Source of the DNA: Chiloscyllium plagiosum
Taxonomy: Eukaryota
Assembly (NCBI RefSeq): GCF_004010195.1
Contig: NC_057719.1
Coordinates: 32,775,948-32,834,648, forward strand
DNA: 58,701 bases
Direction of reading: 5' to 3'
In this document: in pieces, positions 25,529-37,732 of the stretch
How positions within the stretch are numbered: the first letter of the stretch is position 1
Layout: each line of letters begins with the position of its first letter
Translations under genes and position numbers: made by a program
Notes under the pieces: model-generated
What the model was told of the DNA's origin: nothing
Databases searched by the model: none
The model's input: only the letters and a program-made list of their open reading frames with translations

Positions 25529-27097
25529 TTGCTGGGATAAAATAGATAGACTGAATTTGAATTCTTTTCTGCCATTTGTAGTGAAGTCTTTCCGAACTTT
25601 CAACTTATGTAACATAAATTATGCTCTTTTTGTTTATGAAACACTTTTTGTTTTAAAAGTATACCGTAAGACTCTCGGAATTTATTCATAATTGGCCTCC
25701 ATGGTTGAAAAGAAGTCACAAAGTTTATCAAGTCAGGTGTCACTTTGGGAATTGACTTTTCCAGTATTAGCATCAGCTGGGATTATAAAAGATTCAAAAA
25801 TCAATACAATCAGACTCACATGTTCAACATATTGTACACAACTGATTAAATGCTCGTGATCAGTGAAGCAACCATTCTTCTCTACAATGGCGCTCAACAT
25901 TGAGTAACGTGACTAACTTCAAAATTGATACACAGGAAATGTAGTGGAGAGCCTCGCCCATGCTCCCTAACTCCCCTCTCAGCCAGATAATGTCTGGAAA
26001 TATTAGAGACCATGTCTTTCTGACATAATGATTTGTTTATATCTCAAAAGATGATAGTTGCAGCTTTCATTCAGAAGAAAGATACAATGAGGTGAATTTA
26101 TTACTGCCTCATTTTGACAAAATGAATTGAAATAGGAGTTGTACCTAAGAGATTCAATACTCCCCTGCACTTCTTTTATAGTGGATAGAATATTGCAGTA
26201 TTGTTTTTTCATAGATAATATGCTGTTATAAAAACACTGCTACACGTTTGAGAAGTAATTGTGTTTCAGGAAGTCTGCACAGGGGCAGATCTGTGATTTG
26301 AATCATACAGCATAATTGTTGCTAACTACAAAAAAATTCTATGATATTTAATATTGACTACTAAAACAGTTGAATGCATGTCAGAAGACGTAACCAAACT
26401 GTAGAGTGCTCTGTTCTGACCATGTGTTGAGTGTTGTGTCTTGTTCTGCTGGTCGAACAAGGCTGCTTTCATCTATAGAGACAATGCAAAGAATGAGACT
26501 GAACTTCAGATCACAGTGTTCACCCAAAATGGTTTGGGTCAGGCAGCAATTTATAATTTAAAAATCTGAAACAGGAGTACAATCTATTCAAACCTGCATC
26601 ATTTTTGATTTCAATGGAGACGGGAGCAACTAAATGCTCTTCGGCTGCTGGTCAGTTGTTGAACACTGTTATATGGCTGTTTGCCTTTATTCTAACAGAA
26701 TTTCTGCTTGAGTTTTCTAGTCCTCCAGAGACTAGCAGATAAACAACGCTATAGAAGGACTGGATACATCAGGTAAATGAAATGCTGTCATTTGGAAAGT
26801 TATGCCCAAAAATATATAGACTCTATCAGGGCCTTCAAAAGAGAATTAGAAAATTATCTGAAGAGAAAATAATTTGCGAGACTACAGAGAAAAGGTTGTG
26901 GATTATGATCATGGGGGCTGTTATTGTAGAAAGACGATACATACATAACAGGCAAAATGGCTGCCTCCAGTTGCTGTAACCCTTCTATATTTCCAAATTA
27001 TTGCATGGACCTGTCTATAAATCATATCACTACATTAACTGCAATAGATTCCCAATCCAACTTCAATCCACCAGTGATTGCTAACACTGCATCTTTG

Positions 27098-27210
27098 TTA
27101 TAAATTCTATGTCTTACGACCTTATATCTGATGAAGGAGCAACGCTCCGAAAGCTAGTCCTTTTGAATAAACCCATTGGACTATAACCTGGTGTTGTGTG
27201 ATTTTTAATG
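27098..27210 (+). mobile_element. Penelope-like terminal repeat (family B)
   Basis: 9-bp candidate TSD gcatctttg at 27089-27097 and 27211-27219. Confidence 0.8.
27126..27158 (+). ncRNA. Minimal hammerhead ribozyme motif (family B), intact core
   Basis: AU-CUGAUGA-A-GGAGC-AAC-GCUCC-GAAA-GC-UA-GU; predicted cleavage after 27156. Confidence 0.7.
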
Positions 27211-28119
27211 GCATCTTTGGATCTTGTCAAATTTTGACTTGATGCCTTAATCTCTGGCTCTCCCTTGACCACCCTATCTCTCCCATTCCAGGCTCTCCCT
27301 TATGCTCAGGGATCTTTGAGAGCATTCTGCCCACCTCCCTGTCCCCATGAAGTGATAAACCTGAACCCCTCAGCCAAGCTCTACCCTCTTTCCCCCTACC
27401 CATTCCCACATTGTCACTACTGCTACCCCTCCCAATGTCACCCCATGAAGATCCCTTTTTGAGGCCTGGCATATCCAACTAATTTGGGTTAAAGTCAGAA
27501 ATGCTGCTAAAGTGAAAGCAAGTAGCCCAATTAACAGTGTTCAACAACTGACCAACAGCCTAAGAGTAATTGGTCGCTCATGCAGCCTCTGTTAAAATTA
27601 GAAATTAATATTATCATAGCCTGAATTGCTTCCTTGTAAATAAGAACATTAGAACATAATACATAGAAGCAGAGTGGACTAGACAGTTCCTCGGGCCTGC
27701 TTGTTCAAAGGATATGTCTGTGGCTCAACTTTTAATGATTCTCATTTTCTTGACCCATTTTGGTTGATTCCCTTAGTATCCAAAAGTCAATTCTTATTAG
27801 TCTTCAGAATGGTTATTAACTAACATCCACAATCTTCTGGGCTAGCGGATCCCTAAGATTCATAACCTGAATGAAGAAATTTTCCTCAAAATGGCAGACC
27901 CCTAATCCTGAGACAAGGATCCTGAGTTTTCACTCTCTCTGTTATTTTATTACATAGATCGCAGGAAGGCAGTGTTATATTTAACAGTGCTGGATGATAC
28001 CCCTGGATTTCGGGATATTCCTGTATAAAGGTCCTCACTTTACCATCAATAGACACAAAGCATGGAATCAATGTTCTGTGTCATCAATTTGTCAGCCATG
28101 TGTTGTATTGCAGCTGTGT

Positions 28120-28243
28120 GTGAGTTGTTTAGCTCAGTTGGCTGGACAACTGGTTTCTGATGCAGAAATGATGCAGAATTCTCATTACCAGCTGAAGTCA
28201 TCTTCAAGGTTACACCTTCAAAACCGTTGCCTAAGTGTGGTTA
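28120..28243 (+). mobile_element. Degenerate tRNA-derived SINE head
   Basis: A-box-like tagctcagttgg followed by ctggtttctgatgcaga. Confidence 0.4.
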
Positions 28244-28244
28244 C

Positions 28245-28638
28245 TGCTGAAAATGTGTTGCAGGTCAGGCAGCATCCAAGGAGCAGGAGAATCAACGTTT
28301 CGGGCATGAGCCCTTCTTCAGGATTAAGGAAAGTGTGCCAAGCAGGCTAAGATAAAAGATAGGGAGGAGGGATTTGGGGAGGGGTGTTGGAAATGCGATA
28401 GGTCAGAGTAGATGACCTGGGGTGTGCAGTGAGAGAGGGACTCACTGAAATCCTTGTAGAGGGAGGAACAGAGCTTCTTCAAAGAAGGCATCCTTGTAAG
28501 AGGATTCGCAGTAGGTTAAAATCAACTAGGAGAAAGTGAGGAGTGCAGATGCTGGAGATCAGAGCTGAAAATGTGTGGCTGGAAAAGCGCAGCAGGTCAG
28601 GTAGCATCCAAGGAGCAGGAGAATCGACGTTTCGGGCA
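28245..28638 (-). mobile_element. Internally deleted PLE (family A) with two direct terminal repeats
   Basis: Two same-orientation terminal repeats (28245-28403, 28528-28638) flank a ~125-bp segment whose minus strand reads MPSLKKLCSSLYKDFSESLSHCTPQVI. Confidence 0.75.
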
Positions 28639-29471
28639 TTGGTTGAGTGGCAGGAAACAGAGAGTTGGAATCATAAATACTCAAATTGGCAGGATGTGAC
28701 TAACGAGTGTCCAGCACAGATCTGTGTTGGGGGCCCAGTTGTTCATAATATTCCTTACTGACTTAGATAATGGCACAAACTTGGGCAGCATTAGAGACAG
28801 TGTTGCCAACAACATAAAATTACAATAGTATATTGATAGATTGGGTGAATGGGCAAAGCTGTGACAGATGGATTGTAATATAGGCAAGTGTGAGGTTGTC
28901 CATTTCAAACCAAAAAAAGGAGACATCAGGGTGTTTTACAGTGGATGTCCAACAAGATTTGGGGGTTCAGGTACACAGCAATCAGGTGTACTACAATCAG
29001 GTGCAGAAAATAGTGAAGAAAGCCAATAGAATGCTGGCTTTCATATCCAAAGGGCTTGAGTAGATGTAGAGATTGTGTTGCAGTTATTCAAAACTCGAGT
29101 TAAACCCCACTTAAAGTAATGAGAGCAGATCTGGACACCACACTTTAGGAAGGATGTTTTGACCCTGGAGAGAGTTCAATGCAGGTTTACAAGGATGATA
29201 CTTGGACTTCAGGTGTTCAGTTATGAGGAGAGATTAGACAAAATAGGCCTATATCGTCTAGAATGTAGAAGGTTAAGGAGTGATCTAATTGAGGTTTTCA
29301 GGATGTTACCAGGGAATGACTGGAAGATAAGGATAAACTATTTCCACTGGTTGAAGGTTCTAGAACCGGGGTCACAGTCTAAAAGTTAAGGCCAGGTCAA
29401 AGTTTGTAAGAAGATTTGTAGCTCGGGTGCTCGTTGTTGTAGTTCTGTTCGCCAAGCTGGGAATTTGTGTT

Positions 29472-29511
29472 GCAGATGTTTCGCCCCCTGTCTAGGTGAC
29501 ATCCTCAGTGC
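29472..29511 (-). ncRNA. Minimal hammerhead ribozyme motif (family C), mirror copy
   Basis: Exact reverse complement of 29934-29973. Confidence 0.68.
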
Positions 29512-29933
29512 TTGGGACCCTCCTGTGAAGCACTTCTGTGATGTTTCCTCCGGCATTTATAGTGGTTTGTACCTGCCGCTTCCGGTTGTCAGTTCCAGCT
29601 GACCGCTGCAGTGGTTGGTATATTGGGTCCAGGTCGATGTGTTTGTTGATAGAATCTGTGGATGAGTGCCATGTCTCTAGGAATTCCCTGGCTGTTCTCT
29701 GTTTGGGTTGTCCTATAATAGTAGTATTATAGGAGAAGCCAAACAGAGAACAGCCAGGGAATTCCTAGAGGCATGGCACTCATCCACAGATTCTATCAAC
29801 AAACACATCGACCTGGACCCAATATACCAACCACTGCAGCGGACAGCTGGAACTGACAACCGGAAGCGGCAGGTACAAATCACTATAAATGCCGGAGGAA
29901 ACATCACAGAAGCGCTTCACAGGAGGCTCCCAA

Positions 29934-29973
29934 GCACTGAGGATGTCACCTAGACAGGGGGCGAAACATCTGC
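29934..29973 (+). ncRNA. Minimal hammerhead ribozyme motif (family C)
   Basis: GCA-CUGAGGA-U-GUCACCU-AGAC-AGGGGGC-GAAA-CA-UC-UGC; stem I GCA/UGC. Confidence 0.68.
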
Positions 29974-30799
29974 AACACAAATTCCCAGCTCGGTGAACAT
30001 AACCACAACAATAAGGCCAGGTCATTTAGGAGAGATGTTCTAAAGCAAAGAGTAGTGGAGGTTTGGAAATCTCTTCCTCAAATGGTGGTCGATGTTAATT
30101 CAATTGTTAAATTTAAATCTGAGGTGGACAAATTTTTATTAAGCAAAGAGACCAAGGGATATGAGCCCAAGGCAGGCATATGGAGTTAGGTCACAAATGA
30201 GCCCTGATCTTATTGAATGGTAGAACATGCTCAAAGGGCTGAATGGCCTACTCCTCTTCCTATGTTCGTATTTATCTCTTGAAATGCACGTTAACTTTCT
30301 GCATATAAATATTCACTATTATAAAAGTGTTTTGTTTTTCGACTCTCCCCACCAGTTTCAAGCATTACATTCCACTGGCCCTCTTCTTGCCCTATCACTG
30401 ATTTGGGGTTTGACAGGACAAACACTGTAAGGTTGTTTATCTCTCACTTGGGGGATACTCTTGGCTTAATGCCTGGACCATTTAAAACTGAGTTGAGGAG
30501 AAATTCTTCACTCAAGGATTTATAAATACGTGAAATTTTCTGCAGCAAAGAATTGTGGATGATTCATTGGCAAATGTGTTTAAGGCAGGAGCATGCAGAT
30601 TCTTGATCTCTCAGGGAATGACGGATTCTGGGGAGCAGACAGGAAATTGACGATGACGTCCAAAGTCAGTCCTGATCATGTTGAATGACAGGGTTAATTC
30701 AACAGGCCAAATAATCTATTCTTGGTCTGTATCTTTATGCAGCCTCTTTATATTCTTCTTACTTCAAATTTAGCTTTGTATCAGCAAAAAGCTTCAATC

Positions 30800-32600
30800 C
30801 ATGACACATCATCCCTTCATCTAAACCATTGACATATCATATAATGTACACAGAATAGATTGTTGAGGGCTCAAGCACTGATCCTTGCAGTTTCTCATGA
30901 ATTATCGCCTGCTATCTCAAAAATGTCTTGTTTACTTCTACCTTCTATCTGTTAATCAATTCTCATACAATGCTAGTATATTAAAAGCCATAATCAGTGC
31001 AAAAATCTTTGGTGTGACGCTTTGTTAAATGCCTTCTGAATATATTACATCCATTATTTTTCCCAAATTTGTCCTATCATTTAGACCTCAATACACTTTA
31101 AAAGATAGTCAAACACGAACATCCTTTGGTAAAATCACATGGACTCTCAGTATTCATGTGGTGATTTTGCAAATGCATTGATGCCATCTCCTAAGTAATG
31201 GATTTCAACAATTTCCGTATAACTGATGCTCTGCTCATTAGCTATTATTTCCCTGCTTTCACTCTCTCTCTTTTCTTTAACAGTGGTGTCCAATTGACTC
31301 AGAATTTTCTACAAGCTGGGAAAGTCTGAAAGATCAAGACCAAACTATTTCAGTCAACCCATTTAAAACTCAAGGGCATAAGTTGTCAGACCCATCAGAT
31401 TGTTAGCTTTAAATTATATCAACTTCTCTAATAATCAATATTAAGAATATTAATTTCTCACTATCAATACTTCTTAGATCCCCAGTATTTCTAATATATT
31501 CCTTGTGGCTTCCAATGTAGAGAAATGAAGCATACTTGGTTAGCATATCTGCTATTTCTTCATTTTTCCTCATTATTAATTCCCTGTCTCATCTCATAAA
31601 GGACCAACTGTGTTTTTTTTAAATAATCTCCACCTTTTCACGACAATCATTTCTTAAAAAATCTTCTTTGTTGCTTCCATATTCTATTTTCTCCCATTTT
31701 ATCAAGTTCTTAGACGTTCTTTATTAGTTTTAAAATTATCTATATCCCGAGGCTTACCATTTATTTTAGCAATCTAGTCAATCTTTTCTTTGAATCTTAA
31801 TAGTACCCTTAACTTTAGTATGCAGCCATGGCTGTTCTTCTTTTCCAGCAGTTTTTATTCTTCGTGGGCATGTGTATTCATTTAAAATCCTGATTTGTTT
31901 AATTTTAGGTATTTCATTGATTAACTGCTATCACTTATTTTAATCCAGGTTCCTAAGCTATGTTGGCCAAGTTGACTTTGCACCTGTAATTGATGTAATT
32001 TAAAATCTGAGTTTTAGCTTTAACCTGCTACTCTCAAAGTCAATATAAACTTTTATAATGATCATTGTTTACCATAGGATTCTTTAATACGAGATTACTA
32101 TTTAACTCTGTCGCGCTATGCAGTATTGGATCAAAAATAGCCTGTTCACTATTTGCTTTTTTGATAAGTTACTTTAGAAAACTGCCTCTAATGGATTCCA
32201 TGAACCTATCCTACAAGCAACTTTTGTAAATGTGGTTAGACAATAGAGTTTTCTAGAGTTTTCTGCCCTTTGCTGTTTCTTAATTCTGTTAATTCTGATC
32301 CTGCATCTATTCTTCTAGGCTCAGACTTGTACTCAATATTGTTTTTATCTCATCCTTTACTATCAGAGCGACTCTATTTCCTTTTCCATTTTCGCCTTAT
32401 CTTTTCAGAAAGTCAAGTATCAGGACTTCCTGGATTTCTATCGTCGGGCACCATGCCACCACATTTCAGTAAAGCTGCTTTATCAAGCATATTCATCTAC
32501 AATTATGTCTAATTTATGTATCTTGTGCAAACATTTCCCATTGTTATAGAAAGTAACATTCATATTATCATCTTACTACCTGTCCTTGAAGTGGCCTTTA
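30800..32600 (-). mobile_element. Very old CR1-type LINE relic
   Basis: Scattered reverse-complement CR1 motifs (gggctcaagcactgatccttg, ttgttaaatgccttctgaa, gttgtcagacccatc). Confidence 0.55.
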
Positions 32601-33627
32601 TTACAATGGTCTGACACTTTGCTCTCTTGTCACATGTGCGTGATTTTACCCAAGTTCTTTCTCTGCTTGACAGCTTTGATTTTTCTCTTTAGATATAAAG
32701 GACAGTAATTCACTGGTGCTAGATGGTGGAGTAGATAATTAAGTTGGTGGAGAGTCAAGTTGAGACAGACACTATAGATGCCAGCACAACGGTAAGTTTC
32801 CCAGCAGTATGGCAGGATGGTTGCCTATCCTAAAGAGAAATTTTAAAGGACCTATGAATAGCCACTTATGGGGGCTGCCAGCATTTTGCCTATAGTGGGG
32901 TGACTCCATGCTTCACTGCTGAGGGGAAGTAGTGTCCCTGTAGTAGCCAGCAGAAGGTCATTGGAACTGCAGGTGCCATGGTGAAAACAGGAGACTGCAG
33001 GAAGTGGAGGCTTCAAGGATCCGGGGTCCATCCTTCCTCCCCCACCGTTGGAGAGATTTCACCTCAGAGTCTCAGTTGCACTGAATATTTTTCTTATGTG
33101 TGAAAGTCCCTGAGATGTCCTATGTGCCTCATCAGTGCTCACCTATCCTGGTCATGCTGCTAACACGACAGAAGTGGCCAATCCTCAGATTGAACTAGTG
33201 AGATTAAGAGCCCACATGATATCCCTATCGGAATAGAATGCTCGCAGACTGCCAGCAAAGAAGCTGCCTCTAAGCACAACCAATCCCACTGCTAGCGAAT
33301 ATAGGATCAGGACTCACTTTCTGCACTGGGGCCCAAGTATGTGGTAAATTTCATCCCATAAATATGCCCTTATCTGAACCTTATTATCTTGATAATTTAA
33401 AGCCCTATCCACCCCTCTGGAGTGTACCCACCTAACAGGGAGTCAGCAAAAATGAAAATATGTCAGAAGCAGTAAAACTGAAATAAAAACAGAAAATACT
33501 GGAAAAACTCAGCAGTTCAGGCAGCATATGTTTTGAAATAACCTTTCATTTCAATGATCCATTCTGTATCTGATTTCAACTTGTTAACCTGAAAAGTTCA
33601 CTCTTTCTATTCAAAGGTGCCATCCAA

Positions 33628-33930
33628 CAGGATGTGGGCTTCACTGGCTCAGCCAGCATTTATTGCCTATCCCTAATTGTCCAGAGGGCAGTTAAGAGTC
33701 AATCACACCGCTATGGGTCTGGAGTCACATGTTGGCCAGATCAGGTAAGGATGGCAGTTGCTTCCCTAAAAGGACATTAGTAAATCAGATGGGTTTTTCC
33801 AACAATGGTTTCATGACCATTATTAGACTCTTAATTCCAGATATTTTCTTGTAATTGAGTTCAAATGTCCCCATCTGTTATGGCAGAATTCAACTCCGGG
33901 GCCCCAGAATACTACCTGGGTCTCTGGATT
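33628..33930 (-). mobile_element. SINE, same family as 2660-2985
   Basis: ggatgtgggcttcactggctcagccagcatttattgcctatccctaattg...gagtcacatgttggccagatcaggtaaggatggcag. Confidence 0.75.
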
Positions 33931-34864
33931 AAGAGTTTATTAGGTGATTGCCTCCCTCGATGAGTGTTTTTAGTTTGAGCAATCAGACTATTTGCTGGAT
34001 TGGGAATCTGCTCAGAAAAATAAATATTCACGTATTCAACATGAAGATCTATTTCATTTTTCAGTTAAGATTTAAATTCCAACCTTCCCTACTGCAGACT
34101 GCCTGAACAATCGCCATCCCACCACTCTGAGATTCCAATATATTGGAGACTCAGTGTCAAAATCCTGATTGATAAATCATTATGAAAGAAATGTAGGTTT
34201 TTCTTCCTGGAAAGGAAAGGTGTGAAGTGATCTTTAAAAATTTTGCAAATATACATCAGGACAACCCCTAGAACCAAAATAAGAGAGTCAAGGGCACTTT
34301 GCAATTGTTGGATAATGAAGTCATGAAAAGCACTACGTAAGTACAAGTTCATTCTTTATATTATTCATTAATTCAGGATATAAATATCCAGCAAGGCCAG
34401 AAATTACCATCCCTAGTTGTCTAACTTTGAAACAACTGAATGGTTTACTAGGCCAGTTCAGAGTCAAGTATATCGATGTGAAATATATAGGTCAGACAAT
34501 GTATGGCCAAAAGACATTCTTCTGCAATGCACAATAGTGAGCCATTTGGTGTTTTATAATAATATGACAGCTTTTCTTTTAATAAAACCAATATTTTTAT
34601 TAATTTCTGACATACACATATATATGCATATAAATCTAAGTTTTAAAACTGAATTCAAACTTCCAAACTCTCATTGTGATGAGAATGAGATTATCGGTCC
34701 ATGTGTATAGTTGCAAACAAATCACCAGTGCGGTAATCTACCCATTTCCCAACACTTGTGAAGGAATAAAAACAATGTAAAGATGTATGATAGAAAAAAA
34801 AACAAAAGTCTGTGGTAAGCTGAAGGTTAAATGACAAAAGGAATGATGATAAATTCTGAAGGGG

Positions 34865-35360
34865 TTGGTAATAAAGCAAGTGCAGACTGGGATGGAAAGC
34901 TCCCCACATGCCTGGATGGGTGCACCTCCAACAACACTCAAGAACCTTCATTCCATCCAGAACAAAGCAGCCCGCTTGATTGGCAGCACATCCTCAAATA
35001 TCCACTCTCTCCACCACTGATGGTCAGTAGCAGCAGTATATACTGTGCAAAAGATGCACTGCAAAAATCCTTAGATGTCATCTTCCAAATCCACAACAAC
35101 AACCATATAGAAAGACAGAGGCAGCAGATAAATGAAATCAATACCACTGTCCAAACCACTGATCATCCTAACTTGAAAATATTTTACCATTCTTTCAGTG
35201 TTATTGAATCAAAATCCTGGAATTCCACCCTTCATAGCATTGGGGGTGTTCTCACACCAAAGGGTTCAAGAGGAATCTCATTACTACCTTCTCAAGGGCA
35301 ACTTGGAATAGGCAATAAATGTAGATTCAGTCATCAATGCCTTGTTGCGTGATGGAATTG
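34865..35360 (+). mobile_element. LINE 3' region, same family as 1070-1270
   Basis: cctggatgggtgcacctccaacaacactcaagaa...ccatccagaacaaagcagccc...ttctcaagggcaacttggaataggcaataaatg. Confidence 0.65.
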
Positions 35361-37732
35361 TTTTAAATTTTTTTAAAATTGATATTGACAAAGTGTCAAT
35401 CACTTCAAACAAATGGAGGGAAAGATGAAAACTGTGGCCTAGGATAATGGACCAAACACCACATCAGGACAGTGGACAACTTAACCAACTAGTCATGATA
35501 AGGGATTCAACCCCAAACACTAATCCATAACTCCCTTACTCCCAAGTGCTGTGAAGCAGCACCCTTCACTGCTAATGCCTGTTATTTGAGATTAAATCTT
35601 CTGAATGTATTGTTAAAGCCAGAGAGCTGATCTAGCAGAATGATCAGGTGCTGTTCATGGGCTTCATTGGAAAAGTGAAGGAGCCCAAAAACAGAGCATT
35701 TACAATTTCAATTTCATTTTCCCAGAATTTGCAGTCTTTTATCTTTACTTCACCAGGGAAGAAAATTAGGTTGTACTCTGGTTTTACTTACAAATTTCAT
35801 TTAAGTACTTTTAAGATCATATATTTTCAGCAATGGTTCAAGAGGAACCATTTGAATGCAGGTCTGCAATTAAACCAATTGCATATACAGAGCAGTACCA
35901 GACTAAACCATGGTCAGCAGCTTTATATATTGCTCTTTCCCAGCATGTGTTCACCTTGAATACTGGCCTGTAGCAACCAGTAATATTGTTGGTGAAGAAA
36001 ATTTACATTTTCCCACTGACATTTACCAGCAAAGCTGTAAACAAGAAGTGTATCATCTGAATGGAAGCTGATATTATGAATGAATCTCATAGCTTACAGT
36101 ATAATATTTTTCCAACAGTTGCACTTCTTCAATATTACATTTTCTGAATCTTGAAGCTTATTCCAGTAGCTAAACTTTAATTCCCAAAGATTAATTCTGT
36201 ATATTGGAATGCATCAATGGATTAACCAGAAATGATATATATTTACTGCAAAGATGTATACCCACACTGCAATTGCTAGATCAATAAAGATGAGGCATTA
36301 AAAACAACAGGGAGCATTTTATTATCTAATAATGTCACATTGAGGGTCTCATGTTGGGTAATTGATAGTGATGAGACTTATACAATAAAACATTGTGATT
36401 CAAAAACAATAAATACTGCGTCCGGCAGACAAGATAATGGCAAAGATTATCACCGCATGAACAATTCTATCATAAATTTTTCCCAATAAACTCTTTATAC
36501 AAAGTTCTTTGCCGCAGTATAATTTATAGAAAAAAGTTGGTCTATTCAATTGTTAATAAATTGATGCACTTCAATACTTGTATCAATCATGCTTACAATC
36601 TCATTATGTGACATAACCTGCCAACTTACATGGTCTCTCTACCCCCATAGTATCAAAAAAATTAAGGCCAGAACAATTCCTTATATGAATTCCTCATATC
36701 CTGCTCTTCCCTCCAAAACCCAACTTTTGTGCCTGCATTCTCAAATAATCAACTGTCGTACGTATGCCTCTTTGTTCACCATGACTTTCTACAGTTACGA
36801 TTCTTCTCAAGTAAGTTCCCACCTATATCTTCAATGCTTTAGATCCCATTAAAACCATTCCTTTATCTCACTTTGACCATACCCCAAGTGTGGTCCACTT
36901 CTATGCTCCCTTAATTCAACGGATGTAAACTTGGAACGATATGGTGGATGTAAAGGTAAAGTCCAAATTCTTTACTTTAAACTATTAGTTAAAATCTCTT
37001 TCCACTATATCTTCCACCCTCACCTGGAGCAGCCATGTTTGAATGGTGCAGCAGACTTGATAGGTCGAATGGTCTAGTTCTGCTTCCTCCTCAGAAAAAT
37101 GATGTTTTACACCTTCCTCCTCAGAAAAACAATGTTTTATATCTTTGGTCCTTTGAAATAGCTTTGATAGTGCTATCACCTTCAAATGCGTGCCCTGTAC
37201 CCTGAAACTCCATGTTTGAATCACGCCAACAAGGTATTTACTCCTCCTATAGGAATGATATGCTGTGTAATTGGTACAAATATATAAAGCCCTCTTTGTA
37301 CTTCTTGCCTTTGATACACTTGATCATACTATCCACCTCCAAAGATTCACCATTGTCATCAAGCTGGACAAGAGTACACTAACTTTGTTTCCTTCTTATC
37401 TATCTAACTGCAGTTCAAGAACAGATTTTAATGTCTTCTCCTCCCATTCCTATATCTTTGTCACTTCCAAAGATCTATCCTCAGCCCCCTCCCATTCCTC
37501 AGCTACATGCTGTACTCAGTGACACTCAAATCAGTTTCCTTCTGTTGGCTGATGACATGCAGCTCTACTTCACCATCACATGACCCGATCTCGTCGCTAG
37601 ATTGTCAAAACTATTTGACCAATATTCTGCACAGAATAAGCACAAACTTCCTCTTAATAAATATTGGGAAGACCAAAGCATTGTCTTCAGGCCATTCCAG
37701 AAACTCCATTAGCTCACCATCAGCTCCAAACT

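Larger units (their letters stand above)
26585..27630. repeat. Inverted repeat pair (~26585-26695 and ~27505-27630)
   Basis: 26636-26671 gctcttcggctgctggtcagttgttgaacactgtta is the reverse complement (33/36) of 27532-27567. Confidence 0.8.
29400..30011. mobile_element. Penelope-like element (family C): palindrome of GIY-YIG endonuclease C-terminus plus 3' terminus
   Basis: SIIGEAKQRTAREFLEAWHSSTDSINKHIDLDPIY resembles the C-terminus of a PLE GIY-YIG domain. ~290-bp arms around a 4-nt spacer (29721-29724); 13-bp TSD taaggccaggtca at 29387-29399 and 30012-30024. Confidence 0.9.
28640..30270 (+). mobile_element. CR1-type LINE RT/3' region, interrupted by PLE family C
   Basis: LERVQCRFTRMILGLQVFSYEERL..LGLY.LECRRLRSDLIEVF; 3' end gaatggcctactcctcttcctatgttc. 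Confidence 0.85.

Noticed and set aside
37083..37141. 30-bp tandem duplication (and a 16-bp one near 9218-9249)
   Set aside because: Ordinary slippage duplications inside old repeats.
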